A stretch of DNA of 64,000 nucleotides from Amoebophrya sp. A120 (lineage: Eukaryota; Protista; Dinoflagellata): NCBI GenBank assembly GCA_905178155.1, contig CAJINV010000010.1, forward strand, positions 3,368,587 to 3,432,586. The letters are read 5' to 3'. Position 1 is the stretch's first letter. Each line of letters starts with the position of its first letter. The notes beneath the pieces were generated by a model. That model saw only the letters and a program-made list of their open reading frames with translations. It did no database searches and was not told the DNA's origin. The position numbers and the translations under genes were made by a program. Shown here piece after piece: positions 35,001-44,779 of the stretch.

Positions 35001-37489
35001 CCCAGCAGTAGCAGAGCAAGTTTTTCGGCCACGTTCTCTCGACCAGGATCCACACAGAGAACTCTTCCGACGTTCTCGATGTTCCTTGCCACAAACTCGG
35101 TTACTGCTTCTGGTGTTGGATACCCTCGCGCTTCGTCCCCTTTTTTCTTGTCTTGCTGCGCCTCTTCGTCCTGCTCATCCACCTTCTTCTTTGCCAGTAG
35201 AGCAGCTTCCTTTTCTGCTTCTCTGGCTCGTTCTGGAAATTCTTCTTTTATCAAGTCGCCAATCTTGCTGAAGGAAACGTAGCGGCACTTGTCACCGAGG
35301 TAATCACCCCAGCAGTTTCTGGTAATTTTTCTCGTTAAAAGTGTTACGCCGCCTGGATGGAGCATGTAGTTTTGGTTGAAGAACGTGGCATCTAATTGTG
35401 ATACCGCCGAAACATCAATCATTGACCACGTGCCAATTGTTCTAGTACCTGGCCAGGTCGAGTACCTGAAATGGGACGTCGAATGAAGAAGTGCTGCATC
35501 TACTCCGGCTTTTATGTCCTCCGCCCTGAAACTCGAGAATTCGCGTCGCGCCATGTTCTTCAAATCCTTTTCGTTCACGCGACACAACTGGCGGCGGGCA
35601 AGTCCACGAAGGTATGAGTACACGTCCGCTTGCTGCTGTGTCAATCCCTTTCGCGGATCAACTTTCACGGTAGGATTGTGCGTATCAAACCAATCTTGAG
35701 CTTTTGAAACAAGAAATGCCCCGTATTTCTTGTTTTCGCCGGTGCTAGTAGCTCTTTCGCCTCCTGCAGCTAACATCGACACCAAACTCAAGCGGACTGC
35801 TTTCTTCTCATCCGCGTACTCCATTTCTCGACTGAGTAGCTCAGCACACGCCACAGCCCCTTTTCGACCGTCTCCTTCGAATGCTAAGCACTTATTATTC
35901 TTCTTGTTCTCGTCGAGAAACTGTCTCGCCTCTGCGGCTAGTGCTTGGCACTCAGGATTTTCGGCAATTTCTTTTTGGGCGCGAAGTGACAGTCCGGTCT
36001 CCCCGTCCTCGAAGACGTTTCCGATGCTTTGCGGAACTGTCATTATTTTTGCTCTCCCCCGAAACTGCAAACTGAGCTGGCGGCCCTTGTCAACTGATAC
36101 TATTTTTCTCACGGTCAACGACGTCGGAGTTTCTGTTGCGCGGCGCCACGGTTCCACAGTATCCGGCTTTCTGTGGATAGAAATCACCGGCATCCCCGCA
36201 CCGGTCGTGTCTTCTATCAGCTTCGCTTTTTCGACCGGTTGACGAAAATAGTAAATTGCGAGAAGATTTCGATGGCCGCCGGCGGGAACCTTCAACAAGT
36301 TGCCAATCCTCGCGATATTCTGGTTGCGAAAATTCTCTAGATGTTGGCACTTTTCTCTAACTTCATCTAGGTTTCGCAGAACTCGAACTTCGGCGGATAA
36401 GTCTGAGTCCGTTGGTGCCGGTGTCCTTAGCGCACCGACGATGATTCGCGAGTAAGCATACCATTTTTCAGGTTGCTGCTGGTAGTTTTTCAAATCCTGC
36501 TTCACAATTTCAGGCGCAGACTGTTCTGGCTTAAAATCTTCGATTGGTTCTAGTTGCTGCCTAGCTCGACTAGAACTGCTTGGCTCTGGTGCTGGTAGTG
36601 CGGATTCGTTGCGGTTGTTGCTTTCGTTTGCTCCTCCAGCCGCAAACACAGAGACTTGACGACTTTCTATTTCTGACTCGATAGAGATGGAGAATGCTTT
36701 TGCTGCAGCGGTATTCAACCACTTCACTTCTTGACTTGCGTAAATTTGACTGCATCTCTGCACAAAATCTTGGCTGAGGCTCTCCCACAGGTTGAAGAAG
36801 TACTGGCTGTCCTCGTGACTTTTCCTCCAGCCACCGCACTTCGCTACTTCTTCTTCGGTGTTGATAAAAATCTTTAACCGGTGCTGCAATGTCATTCCCA
36901 AGAGCATTTGCGCCTCGTCTTTCCATTGCGTGTCGTCCACGATAATCGCCCTGGTCATTCCTCCTCCTGGTCGTTTCTGATCTACGCAGCTCTTTGGTAA
37001 TGCATACAACAGCTCGCCAACTCCTGCAACCGTGGCCTTCCCTGCTGCAGTTGATGCCTGAATCTTTAATGGTGTAAATCGGAGCTCGACGCCATTTTCT
37101 CGACAAAATTGCTGATGACGCCGGTACTGTTTTAAACCCAGAAAAACGCTCTTGCTGAAGCCGGTGTCTAGTAGAAATTTTACTGCTTTTACCCCCTCCT
37201 CCGACGGAGTTCGCCCGAGGTTGAGAATTTTTATTGTTTTTATTGCGAGCTTCACGCTCTTTGCGAAATCTTTCATTGCAGGACGGGCTGGTCTCCTGCT
37301 CTTCATATTTTCGAAAGGCTGACATTTGCTGAGAAGAAGTTCTAAGGTAGTTCTCTCTTCCGGAGGTGCAGTTTCTGCTTCTTTACTGCTCTTCCTCTTT
37401 TTTCTTCTCCTCCGATTCTTCTTTACTGGATCTTCTTTGTACTGTGAAGGATTCCAGCGGGGGTGCCGCGAATCCTCTACTTGAAATCC
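32012..37489 (-). CDS. pol: Pol: aspartic protease, extra domains, integrase, reverse transcriptase
   Basis: Protease LLDTGFSKS; integrase QLD...VDPGRE...AE with exact D-35-E spacing; RT motifs FDVPRAF, QYGLLDA, ASHVDDFI. Confidence 0.9.
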   Translation of the reverse strand, partial: GFQVEDSRHPRWNPSQYKEDPVKKNRRRRKKRKSSKEAETAPPEERTTLELLLSKCQPFENMKSRRPARPAMKDFAKSVKLAIKTIKILNLGRTPSEEGVKAVKFLLDTGFSKSVFLGLKQYRRHQQFCRENGVELRFTPLKIQASTAAGKATVAGVGELLYALPKSCVDQKRPGGGMTRAIIVDDTQWKDEAQMLLGMTLQHRLKIFINTEEEVAKCGGWRKSHEDSQYFFNLWESLSQDFVQRCSQIYASQEVKWLNTAAAKAFSISIESEIESRQVSVFAAGGANESNNRNESALPAPEPSSSSRARQQLEPIEDFKPEQSAPEIVKQDLKNYQQQPEKWYAYSRIIVGALRTPAPTDSDLSAEVRVLRNLDEVREKCQHLENFRNQNIARIGNLLKVPAGGHRNLLAIYYFRQPVEKAKLIEDTTGAGMPVISIHRKPDTVEPWRRATETPTSLTVRKIVSVDKGRQLSLQFRGRAKIMTVPQSIGNVFEDGETGLSLRAQKEIAENPECQALAAEARQFLDENKKNNKCLAFEGDGRKGAVACAELLSREMEYADEKKAVRLSLVSMLAAGGERATSTGENKKYGAFLVSKAQDWFDTHNPTVKVDPRKGLTQQQADVYSYLRGLARRQLCRVNEKDLKNMARREFSSFRAEDIKAGVDAALLHSTSHFRYSTWPGTRTIGTWSMIDVSAVSQLDATFFNQNYMLHPGGVTLLTRKITRNCWGDYLGDKCRYVSFSKIGDLIKEEFPERAREAEKEAALLAKKKVDEQDEEAQQDKKKGDEARGYPTPEAVTEFVARNIENVGRVLCVDPGRENVAEKLALLLLGYGVRVFVVSTASPTAMALAEVMSLHLKSELEAALRHPLLRHLALSSLIQVLLAARRERNGYRAYLERDEEWRIRHNGEAPDLNAMRYFDVDAAANSSTVRAEHREAARSCVAEAHLDKEFHAGLQHLWEKLTDLNRGPRGIKKGDLIEWKNKAGRWVPGYVEDCSGKVWGIRPLSSTAAVSKIPKTHIRRVVDSELLAGMPDGVEIRSADIPHIASICEQVKDKGYFRRIRKQLGLREGVVGESKLVVCSDCHEWRYVVPSFKDNVTRCCMLFPKTFCGDLSDDQLASMGSWVCEKDLKRELRLKKWDEEGGGEGDNDQKAKSQSSSSSSSNWKNHDDQDKSKPGVMIDETKNETRELDPSEPLERVDIKAENTSPSAALGGTSDFDDLANDGRVNFIDISTEDLEGMMDVINTHSHIAIMSTVLQEADPSMPQKKGKLDPEKKISWEATEAALGIPLDLGSRGLKTVLDELKETNVRQVNVESAAFATLANFLSTESVKEGWAAPRWLLDDISITWETGRAKMLNGKGSQHKNRTCCKFYVNKVLNDKERLCFGRESDEGTVCAIRFEFASEFAAAIENTDERAVAIHRPGVTAAARKRLRAARKLADWHPSAVLEEVGMFDIVAQALLKELVGNLIPREGEKQASVLLQDESYHLHLPSKKDENREEEAEDDNVKTVLTSRLILDAKWLSDVYLTFKVRWAPGGHKQQRPFEEGEHSSPTLSSLELRLICLAVGTFEGLEVVLFDVPRAFNLTEECEPSKRPEMRFPRDSGRLGEALRAALEKMNQIYNTKFRPDSRLRVRIPQYGLLDAAFLFYRKSRSEMVAADCVPSALSTTCYRLNVEGQIGAILASHVDDFIMFINLKFRNLVGNVKNLMKRAFVSLADDCFRTLGSEWDTFTGKQIRTLFVNGKSCLDVSLHEKVRELGFWESDNTRRGAKPEPNALLSELEITRLRGVRGSTSYISEWIPEFLYNTCRGLSVRETTQKEQPKTRKE
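37448..37489 (-). promoter_or_regulatory. Putative -1 programmed ribosomal frameshift signal (gag-pol)
   Basis: Minus strand G GAT TTC in the gag frame, a 6-nt spacer AAGTAG containing the gag stop, then stem-loop AGGATTC-GCGG...CCGC-TG-GAATCCT. The -1 frame is open from here into pol. Confidence 0.7.
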
Positions 37490-38190
37490 GCCTCACCATC
37501 CCCATCTTCCTCCGGCTCCATCTTCTCGCCTCCAGAGCCTTCTTCTCCACCTTCGCCTTCTTCCTCCTCTTCCTTCACAGTATGAGTTGAAGCATGCCGA
37601 CGCTGTAACTGGCGTTTCTTTTTCTGCTTGAAGCCGTTGTAGTTCACGTCCAGTTCTTCCATTTCCGCGTCTTCTTCCTCGGCATCGTCATCCTGATACT
37701 CGTTCTCCCAGAACCGCTCCTCAACCCCTTCCAGCGTCACACCAAAGTTGTGCACGACGATCCCGCGCTCGTTCACGAACTGCACCTTCATGCGGTAGTT
37801 TCTCCTTGGTTTGCGCGAGAAGTTGTTGTTGTTTTTATTGTTCCAAGTCTTTACACCCTTCCGTGGTTTTCCTTTTTTGTTCGTGAATCGCTGGGCGTAG
37901 CGAATGAAGTGCGACTGCAGAATTCGCTCGCTTTTCAAGACTGGACACTCCTTCTTTAAGTGCTCCGCACTTCCGCAACTCCAGCAGCGTGGTGGATTTG
38001 GGCAATCCTTTTTCAAATGCCCAAAATCACCACACTGCCAACAGGATTTCGCACCCACGACCGGTTGATTCGTGTTTTTGTCGCCGAAACGCTTAAACGA
38101 AGCGGCTGCGATTTTGATATCGGGGTCATTCTCGACAAGGTCGCAAAACGGCTCGTCGGTCTCGTTCAAGAAGTTCGCGCTTTTGATGCT
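37477..38190 (-). CDS. Gag segment 3: nucleocapsid with two CCHC knuckles and an acidic tail
   Basis: CWQCGDFGHLKKDC and CWSCGSAEHLKKEC; no in-frame ATG before the knuckles. Confidence 0.8.
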   Translation of the reverse strand, partial: SIKSANFLNETDEPFCDLVENDPDIKIAAASFKRFGDKNTNQPVVGAKSCWQCGDFGHLKKDCPNPPRCWSCGSAEHLKKECPVLKSERILQSHFIRYAQRFTNKKGKPRKGVKTWNNKNNNNFSRKPRRNYRMKVQFVNERGIVVHNFGVTLEGVEERFWENEYQDDDAEEEDAEMEELDVNYNGFKQKKKRQLQRRHASTHTVKEEEEEGEGGEEGSGGEKMEPEEDGDGEADFK

Positions 38191-38193
38191 TAT

Positions 38194-38614
38194 TTTTATA
38201 ACACAAATCCGTCGAGAACGACAACGGGCCGAACGAGCGAACGTGGGTCGTCAGACCGAAGACCAACAACCCTCCCTTACCCCGCGGGACAAGGGTTTCG
38301 TCTCGACAGAAAAGCGAAATAAAAGGGCGGGACGGGCGGGAAAGTTTTAAAACCTCAACCTTCAACCGAAAATCAAAATGGCCTCGAGTTTATAGGGTCT
38401 TCCCGGGACCACAACAACGAGAGATGAAGGAGTAAGAGCGCATTGCTTTATAAAAATCCGCTTTGTGTTACGCACGGCGACCCTGCGAGCCGCTTCGCTA
38501 GGCCCGCCGGTTCTCCTACTCACACAAACCATAACTTTTATAACACAAATCCGTCGAGAACGACAACGGGCCGAACGAGCGAACGTGGGTCGTCAGACCG
38601 AAGACCAACAACCC
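38194..38614. repeat. Identical 79-bp direct repeat (38194-38272 and 38536-38614)
   Basis: ttttataacacaaatcc...gaccaacaaccc occurs twice, 342 nt apart. Confidence 0.9.
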
Positions 38615-38832
38615 GCTGACGGAGGAAGAGAGGCCACGGGCCTCTCTCTCTCCGTCATCGGGGTTGTCAGGTATATTTTCAGGTCTGGCGACCCACGTAC
38701 GCTTGTTCGGCCCGTTGTTGTCTCCGACAGATCGAGTTATAAAAGTTATGGTTTGTGTGATAAGGAGACAGCTCGGGCCTAGCGAAGCGGCCCGGGCAGG
38801 CGACGAGGGAACACAAAGCGGATTTTTATAAA
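38447..38832. repeat. 386-nt imperfect inverted repeat (rod-like hairpin)
   Basis: Outer arms tttataaaaatccgctttgtgtt and aacacaaagcggatttttataaa; pairing continues inward to gagaggcc-acg-ggcctctc near 38637. Confidence 0.9.
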
Positions 38833-39687
38833 TAGATATGTTCTTCCCGCCTGGCGTTCTCATTGTTGTCCTGGTCCCGGGATTTATCCCATTCTTCCCT
38901 ACATCGGACATGTCGAGTTCGAGGCTGAAGACTCCGCCCCCGGACTTTCGACTCGCTGCAGTTGTTTCGGCCTGTGCATCGATGTTGAAATCCTGCACCG
39001 CTCTTTCCTTGATTTGCGAAAACGTCGGTAGCACCTTGTTGCTTTCCTTGATTAGTTCTCGCATGGTCGTCCTGTCGAGCGGATCCTTGATCGACCGGGC
39101 ACGGATTTCATCGTAGATCAACATCTTCTGCTCATCCGTGTTCTTGTCTAATTCGTACCCGACTTCAAAAGCAGCATCCTCCATTCTGTTGAGCAGCGAA
39201 AGAAAAGACTCACTTTTCTTCCAGTTCCCTCCATTCACTGCCCACTCCTGTGACTTTGTCGCAAGATCAGATGTGGGGCCGTTGTGCACCAGCGCAAACG
39301 TGCGGAAGTAATTTTTAAAAGTCCACGTCTGCAGGTCGTCCTTCTTCAGAAAACCCTTGCTCCAGAAGGCTGCTGCTTCGTCGCCATGCGCCTTTTCTAG
39401 CACGTACGTTTTCACGAGTGCTTTTTCTTGTGCTTCACTAATCAGCGACTCCTGCGGAACAAGCGCGCGCTCGATGTTGATCTTGAGATCGGCCTTGTAC
39501 GCTTCCAAATTTTTGTACGACTTGAAGCTCTTCAACTCCCCCAGTTGTTTGAAATCGATTCTTCCAACTTCCCACTTGTCGTAGTACTGGCCGAGATCTT
39601 TCATCGTAGAAACAAGCCCAAGGTCGAAGCTTCCAATTGGTGCAACAGTCGCACCGTCAGCGTCTTTGTAGAGGTTCTTGAGTTTCT
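38833..39687 (-). CDS. Gag-like segment 2 (helical, capsid position)
   Basis: ORF 38516..39697 has no upstream ATG of its own; protein-like sequence ends where the 386-nt hairpin begins. Confidence 0.6.
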
Positions 39688-39693
39688 TCTTTC

Positions 39694-40775
39694 TCACCCG
39701 GAGCCGCGCCCTGCGGGGCTTTTGCTAAAAAACGCCTAAAAATTTTACGGGTCGCGCCAAAAGCCGGGACCCAGGCAGCCGGATCACCACATGGCGAGAG
39801 CGGCCACAAAGTTGGCCTCAGGGCGCGCCTACCCGCCCGGGGGTCGGCATCGAAGCAGAACGACGGCCGCTATCCGGCAAAGGCCAAGCGGGCAGGCACG
39901 CCCGCCCCGGACAAAGAGGTGGGCGCGGCACCGGACACAATTAGCGAAATCCGCGGCCGCCTTGAAGGGGGAAAAGGCAACACACCCCGCGCGCCAAGGG
40001 TCAGGGCGGTGCTCCGGGGCGTGGTCCACGCGAACGCGCCATCCTTCACCCGGGCCGCGCGAAATTAAGAGTCGGGGAAAAATAAGACGGCGCCAAGGAG
40101 CCGGGCCGCGGGCCCTTGAGGCCGCCTATTCGTCCCACTATCGGCGGGCTTATTTTCACGGCCCGAAAGTTGGCGGGCGCCTTTTTTGCGATTTCGTGTG
40201 CGATTTCAGTGTGCAAAAAAATAAAAGAAAAAATAAGAAAAAAAATAAGACCCCCCGGCCCGTGGCCGGGCGCGCAATAGGTGGGGGAATAAGAGAAAAA
40301 ATAAGCGCTATTTTAGGCGAAAAAAATAAAAGAAAAAAATAAGACTTAAAAATAAGAAACAAAAGTAAGACCAAAAAGTAAGACCAAGAAATAAGATCAA
40401 AAAGTAAGACCGAAAAGTAAGACCAAAAAGTAAGACCAAAAAGTAAGACCAAAAAATAAGACCAAAAAGTAAGACCGAAAAGTAAGACCAAAAAGTAAGA
40501 CCAAAAAGTAAGACGCAAAAACGGGCCAAAAAAATAAGAGCTTGGGCGCGGCCCTTAATTAGAGCGCAGAAAAGGTCTCGCGCACAAGGATGACACCCCG
40601 CCAGCTTTCTCCCAATTACGAAAGTGCCTCAGGTGGGCGGCCGCAATGCAGCAGAGACCCGCGAAGAGCAAAAGGGGGCGAAGCCAGAAGCGAAAGCCTG
40701 TGCCGGAAAGGGCGAAGGCCATAAATTTTTTAGGCTTTAAATAGGGCCGCCTCCGCAAGGCGCGGCGCAGGGTGA
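39694..40775. mobile_element. TCA...TGA fold-back insertion with a 6-bp direct repeat (TCTTTC) inside gag
   Basis: Imperfect ~55-bp terminal inverted arms (tcacccggagccgcgccctgcgg... and ...ccgcaaggcgcggcgcagggtga); DR at 39688-39693 and 40776-40781. Confidence 0.8.
40338..40516. repeat. 13-bp tandem array (TAAGACCAAAAAG), about 12 copies
   Basis: Seen directly; lies inside the 39694-40775 insertion. Confidence 0.9.
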
Positions 40776-42375
40776 TCTTTCCACGCTGCTTTGGTTCCTC
40801 GAGGAAACGCTGCCCCATCCTGAGCGAGGGATAACCACCGGGATACCCTTTTCCCCCATCTTGGTATCCTTTTTGGTTATCGTACCAGTCGTCTTCGGGC
40901 AGGTAAGCTGGCGCGTTGTACTTACCATTCTTGTCAAACCAACCCTTCTCCCCTTTTCCTTCCTTTCCTTTCTTCCCCTTCTTTTCGCGCCAGTAGTTGT
41001 TTCCGCTTGCAGAGTAGGAATTGTTCTTGTAGTACTCAGAGTTGTGCTTCGAGGAGAAGCTGTACTCGGAGGCTTCTTCTTCCGTTCCGGAACCCTGGTA
41101 TGCCGAGCTTGCTGCACTCGCACCAGCCGCATCGAAGTACCCGTACTTCTTGCTGTGCGACTTACTTTTCCACCATGCGCTACTGTACTCGTCGCAGTAC
41201 GGGTCGTAGTGGTAGTAATCGTTCGGGTCATACTTCTGCGACTTCTTGACTTTCTCCATCTTCTTGATTTTACTACTCTGCTCCGAAACTCGGCTCGCGA
41301 CAGAATTTGCCTTCGAAGGATTCTTCTCAACTGTATCCTCATCAAGTCCTGCATCCGAGAGCATCTGCTCAACAGCACGCGCCTCGCGCTCGAGCCGCTC
41401 GGAGGCTTTTTCCGAAGTCATTCGCTTCGTATCCAACAAATTCGCGCCCAGCAACTGCAGCTCCGCATCATGCTTGATTTCTCCGTCGCCGTCAAGTCGG
41501 TAGAATTTCGTGCGCGGGCTGGTGCGGACACCGGTAGCTTTTAGTGTGTTCAATTCTTGTACCAACATGCTCTTTTCTGATTCCGTTTTGTTTTGCTGCA
41601 TAGCTAACTGCCCTTCGAGGTTTGCAGTTAAGGCGCGCTGTTTTTCGAGCTCTTGCAGAATCAGGCCGTATTTGGATTCGAGAATCTGGAGCCCACTACT
41701 GGTCTGGTTTGTCAAGAAGTTCATCTGGCTGACTTGTCCGGTGAGTCTTCCGCCAAGGTCTCGCACTTGATCCGCCTGACCGCTAATCTTACCGCTGATG
41801 TCCTGCACGACATCACTCAAGATGACTCTCGTTTGCTCGGCGTCGCCGGACAGTTTTGCGTAGGCCTGGTCGACTGCAATCCTTGTCGAGCTTGCATCAT
41901 TCTCAAGACGCATCACCTTTGATTCGCTCCTTGCAGCCTTAATTTCCGCAGAAGAAGCGTTGTTGTTAGCGGCTCGCGCAGCGCTAGATGCTGATTTTGA
42001 TTGCTGCTGTGCTCGTTTCGCCTCGTTCATCATTCCGGCCGCGATCGGGACAAATTTCTCCTTGAAAAACTCCTTCATGGTGCCTTTTGTTAATACTTCG
42101 GTGTCTGGGTCGACTCCTGGCACAAATCTTGGGCTTCTCGGAGACAACGAAGTAATTGCACCGTCTTGAGCGACAACAATTGCAGAAGAAGTTGATGAAC
42201 TCGCTGCAGAATCCTGAAGCGCAAGTTGATTTTCTTCATTTGCGTCCGATAAGCGTCTCAACTTCTTTGATTGTGATCGGGTTGCGAGAGTTGTCTCATC
42301 ACGGCTTGTAGAAGGTGTGCGCGGCGTCTCCTCCCGATCCTGCCACTCGGCTCCTTCTCCTCGGTGCGAGCTCAT
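40776..42375 (-). CDS. Gag-like polyprotein segment 1 (coiled coil plus G/K/Y-rich linker)
   Basis: ORF 40555..42375 with a heptad-rich region; joins segment 2 in frame at the TCTTTC repeat (QRGK|KKLKNLY). Confidence 0.65.
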
Positions 42376-42874
42376 CGCGGTGGTAGTTGAGAGTGGTTGG
42401 CAGTAGTTGTTCTGATTCTTAGTTGTTTAGTAGTGGTTTGTGTATCTGTTTTTAGAGAAATTGAGACAATTCAAGAGATTACTTCATTCTTTTCATGTCA
42501 CAAAAACAGCAAACCACGCAACCAAAACAACTTTTCTTCTCTTTATTTTTATTTCCAAAATGAATCGACCAACAGGAAGCTTTTTCTTACTTTCGTCCCT
42601 TATCCTTTTCCCTTACACCGGATTAGGGGTCGTGGTTCAATTCCAATCTCTCGCTTTTCTCCAAAACCTCGTCGTAGATCAAAAGCAGCAGAAAAAGAAA
42701 AGCTTGTCCAGCAACAAGTCCAGCAAGTACTATTAATTCCAGCGCTTTCCAAAAGATAAGTTCCAGCAGGTAAAAAGCCAATGAAGTACAGCAGGTCCAC
42801 ATACGTTTTTGATAAAAATTTTTACGTAGGAATTTCTTGTTTTTGAACGTGAATTACATCTGACGGCACCCGGT

Positions 42875-44779
42875 CTACTCGACTCTTTCTTCTTCGTCGC
42901 TGCTGTCGTCAAACGTGTACACACGTACCGTTGATCCTGGTGGCGCTTGTCTCAGAGCTTCCCTTGCCAGTTCCTGTGCTCTCGCGCGGATCTGCTCTCT
43001 GGTTTCACCAGGATTTGCTGAAAATGTAAAGTTCTGGCGGTTGTTTTCGTTGTAGCTGTTCACACCAGGGAGACTAATTCCAAGACCGCTTGTTCCTTGT
43101 CCGCTCGTTGAGTTCGTGCTCGTGGGAGTGTTCTCGTACTGACTCGGGATGCTGTCACCAGAGAAAACTTGACGCAGTTCTGATCCGGTTCTGGAGTAGA
43201 AGGCACTTCTTTCTGCTTCTTTCTCCGAGTGGTAGATGAAGTTGTCTCCGTTTCCAGCTCCGACAAAGAATTCTCCTGGTCGCTCAACTGTGCGCTTTGT
43301 TAAAATTAATCGGCTCCTACCGTTCCTTCCCGGGATTACTGAGTCTCCTGGCAGCAGCGCGGGACCGCGCTGGGCCCTCGGAACTTCTGTTTCCGGATTT
43401 GAACTGTTACCGGCTTCCGATTCGGGTTCTGCTTCGGTCAGGTCTTCCAGGAAGTTGGGGTCGCTACAAGCCTCTTCCCACAGCGGTTTTAACGCGGCGA
43501 GAATTCTTCTCTTCTTTGCGAATGAAATGGCGTCCGCGGGAAAACTATTTCCGGTTCTAGAGAAGTTTCTCAACAAGCGACTCCACCACCGTGCTATTTC
43601 TGGTGCAATCGGTAGGTCGTGACCGTTGAAGGTCACCGGAGATCCGTAGACGCCGCTGAGTGGAGCGCAGTAGGCAAAATATCCGATAGGCTGCTTGGTT
43701 CGTTTTCCTTCCGCGAACAGGGACCCAAGACCGGCGCGGTCGAACTTTTCGCAGGCCTGGACTCCTTTCTTCCAGTCGGTGCCCTCGGCTTTTCCTTTAC
43801 AACAGCTGTAGTACTTGCCGAGATGCCAGTTGCAGTTTTTGCAGCTGCAGTTGAGCACCTCGATCTCGCGTGACTCCACAAAGGCAGCGGTAACGTCTTT
43901 GATGTAGAACAGATCCGACAGCTCTTTATCCTTCTTGACGAATTTCTTCCCCTTCTGCTGTTCCGGAGTGATCGCCTTGATGGTGTAGAAGCAGCCCTCG
44001 CGCAGACGCCCAACGTTGAGAATTATGTCCTCGTAGGTGAAAAGTTCTTCCTGCACTCCCTTTTCGACTGCGACTCGGTCAATTCCCAAGGCGATGTCCC
44101 ACGAGTGGACCTGGAAGAAGCGGAGTTTATTGTCTTCAAAACTCCTGAAAAGGACTAGCTGCGTCGTGTCCGGGCGCGAAAACAGAAACTGGATGTCGCT
44201 CTCGTTTTCTAGGAGCTGCCACGGTGCCGCTTCTTTCTGATAGAACTCGGCCACGCACTTCTCGACCGAAATTTCCGCCTCGTCGTCGTAGCTGAATGGC
44301 TTCCGCTCTGGTTTCACGCAGAGTGAAAAGATCGGATGATCTTCTGGATGCTTGCTAATCCAGTGATGATAATTGCTGTAGTTGCTTTTGATACCGGTGC
44401 AAACCTTTTCGAGTGTGACACCCTGCGGACCGATAGTGGTCGGCTTCCAGCCAATCACGAGAGGTTTTTCTTGTTTTGGCTCCTGCTTGACCTTGGCTGC
44501 GCTTTTCGACGACACAGCAGAGGACGACGACGAAAAGGATGTGTAACCGACGTTGTTGCTCACGGACTGGCCTAGCAGCAAGAAAAGGTCGCCGCACAGG
44601 TAGGCGTCGTTGAACGACTTCGATTCCGGGCTGGCGGTTTCGACGAAAACCCGATAGAAGCACTGGGCTCTGCAGGCGTCGATGAAGTCGATTCTTCCGA
44701 TGTCGTTGAAAATATCCTTGTCAGAAGTAGTTTTTAGTTTATAGCTCTGCTCTTTAAAACTGGGAAGCCGGATTGACAT
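42875..44779 (-). CDS. Accessory 634-aa protein of unknown function with a Cys/His cluster
   Basis: Long ATG-started ORF of globular composition; CSCKNCNWHLGKYYSCC cluster. Confidence 0.75.
   Translation of the reverse strand: MSIRLPSFKEQSYKLKTTSDKDIFNDIGRIDFIDACRAQCFYRVFVETASPESKSFNDAYLCGDLFLLLGQSVSNNVGYTSFSSSSSAVSSKSAAKVKQEPKQEKPLVIGWKPTTIGPQGVTLEKVCTGIKSNYSNYHHWISKHPEDHPIFSLCVKPERKPFSYDDEAEISVEKCVAEFYQKEAAPWQLLENESDIQFLFSRPDTTQLVLFRSFEDNKLRFFQVHSWDIALGIDRVAVEKGVQEELFTYEDIILNVGRLREGCFYTIKAITPEQQKGKKFVKKDKELSDLFYIKDVTAAFVESREIEVLNCSCKNCNWHLGKYYSCCKGKAEGTDWKKGVQACEKFDRAGLGSLFAEGKRTKQPIGYFAYCAPLSGVYGSPVTFNGHDLPIAPEIARWWSRLLRNFSRTGNSFPADAISFAKKRRILAALKPLWEEACSDPNFLEDLTEAEPESEAGNSSNPETEVPRAQRGPALLPGDSVIPGRNGRSRLILTKRTVERPGEFFVGAGNGDNFIYHSEKEAERSAFYSRTGSELRQVFSGDSIPSQYENTPTSTNSTSGQGTSGLGISLPGVNSYNENNRQNFTFSANPGETREQIRARAQELAREALRQAPPGSTVRVYTFDDSSDEEERVE

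Noticed and set aside
36570-37325. 251-aa alternative-frame ORF overlapping the protease
   Set aside because: No motifs; explicable by purine-rich coding bias.
38270-38316. Hammerhead-like arrangement on the minus strand (CTGTCGA GAC GAAACCC...GGGTA), and CTGACGA in the 79-bp repeat
   Set aside because: The first core is not CUGANGA and has essentially no stem II; the CTGACGA copies lack a following GAAA.
38372-38388. Possible spliced-leader relic (GCCATTTTG on the minus strand)
   Set aside because: Only 9 nt match; lacks GCTCAAG.
40338-40516. CRISPR-like array
   Set aside because: Head-to-tail 13-mers with no unique spacers; eukaryotic context and no cas genes.
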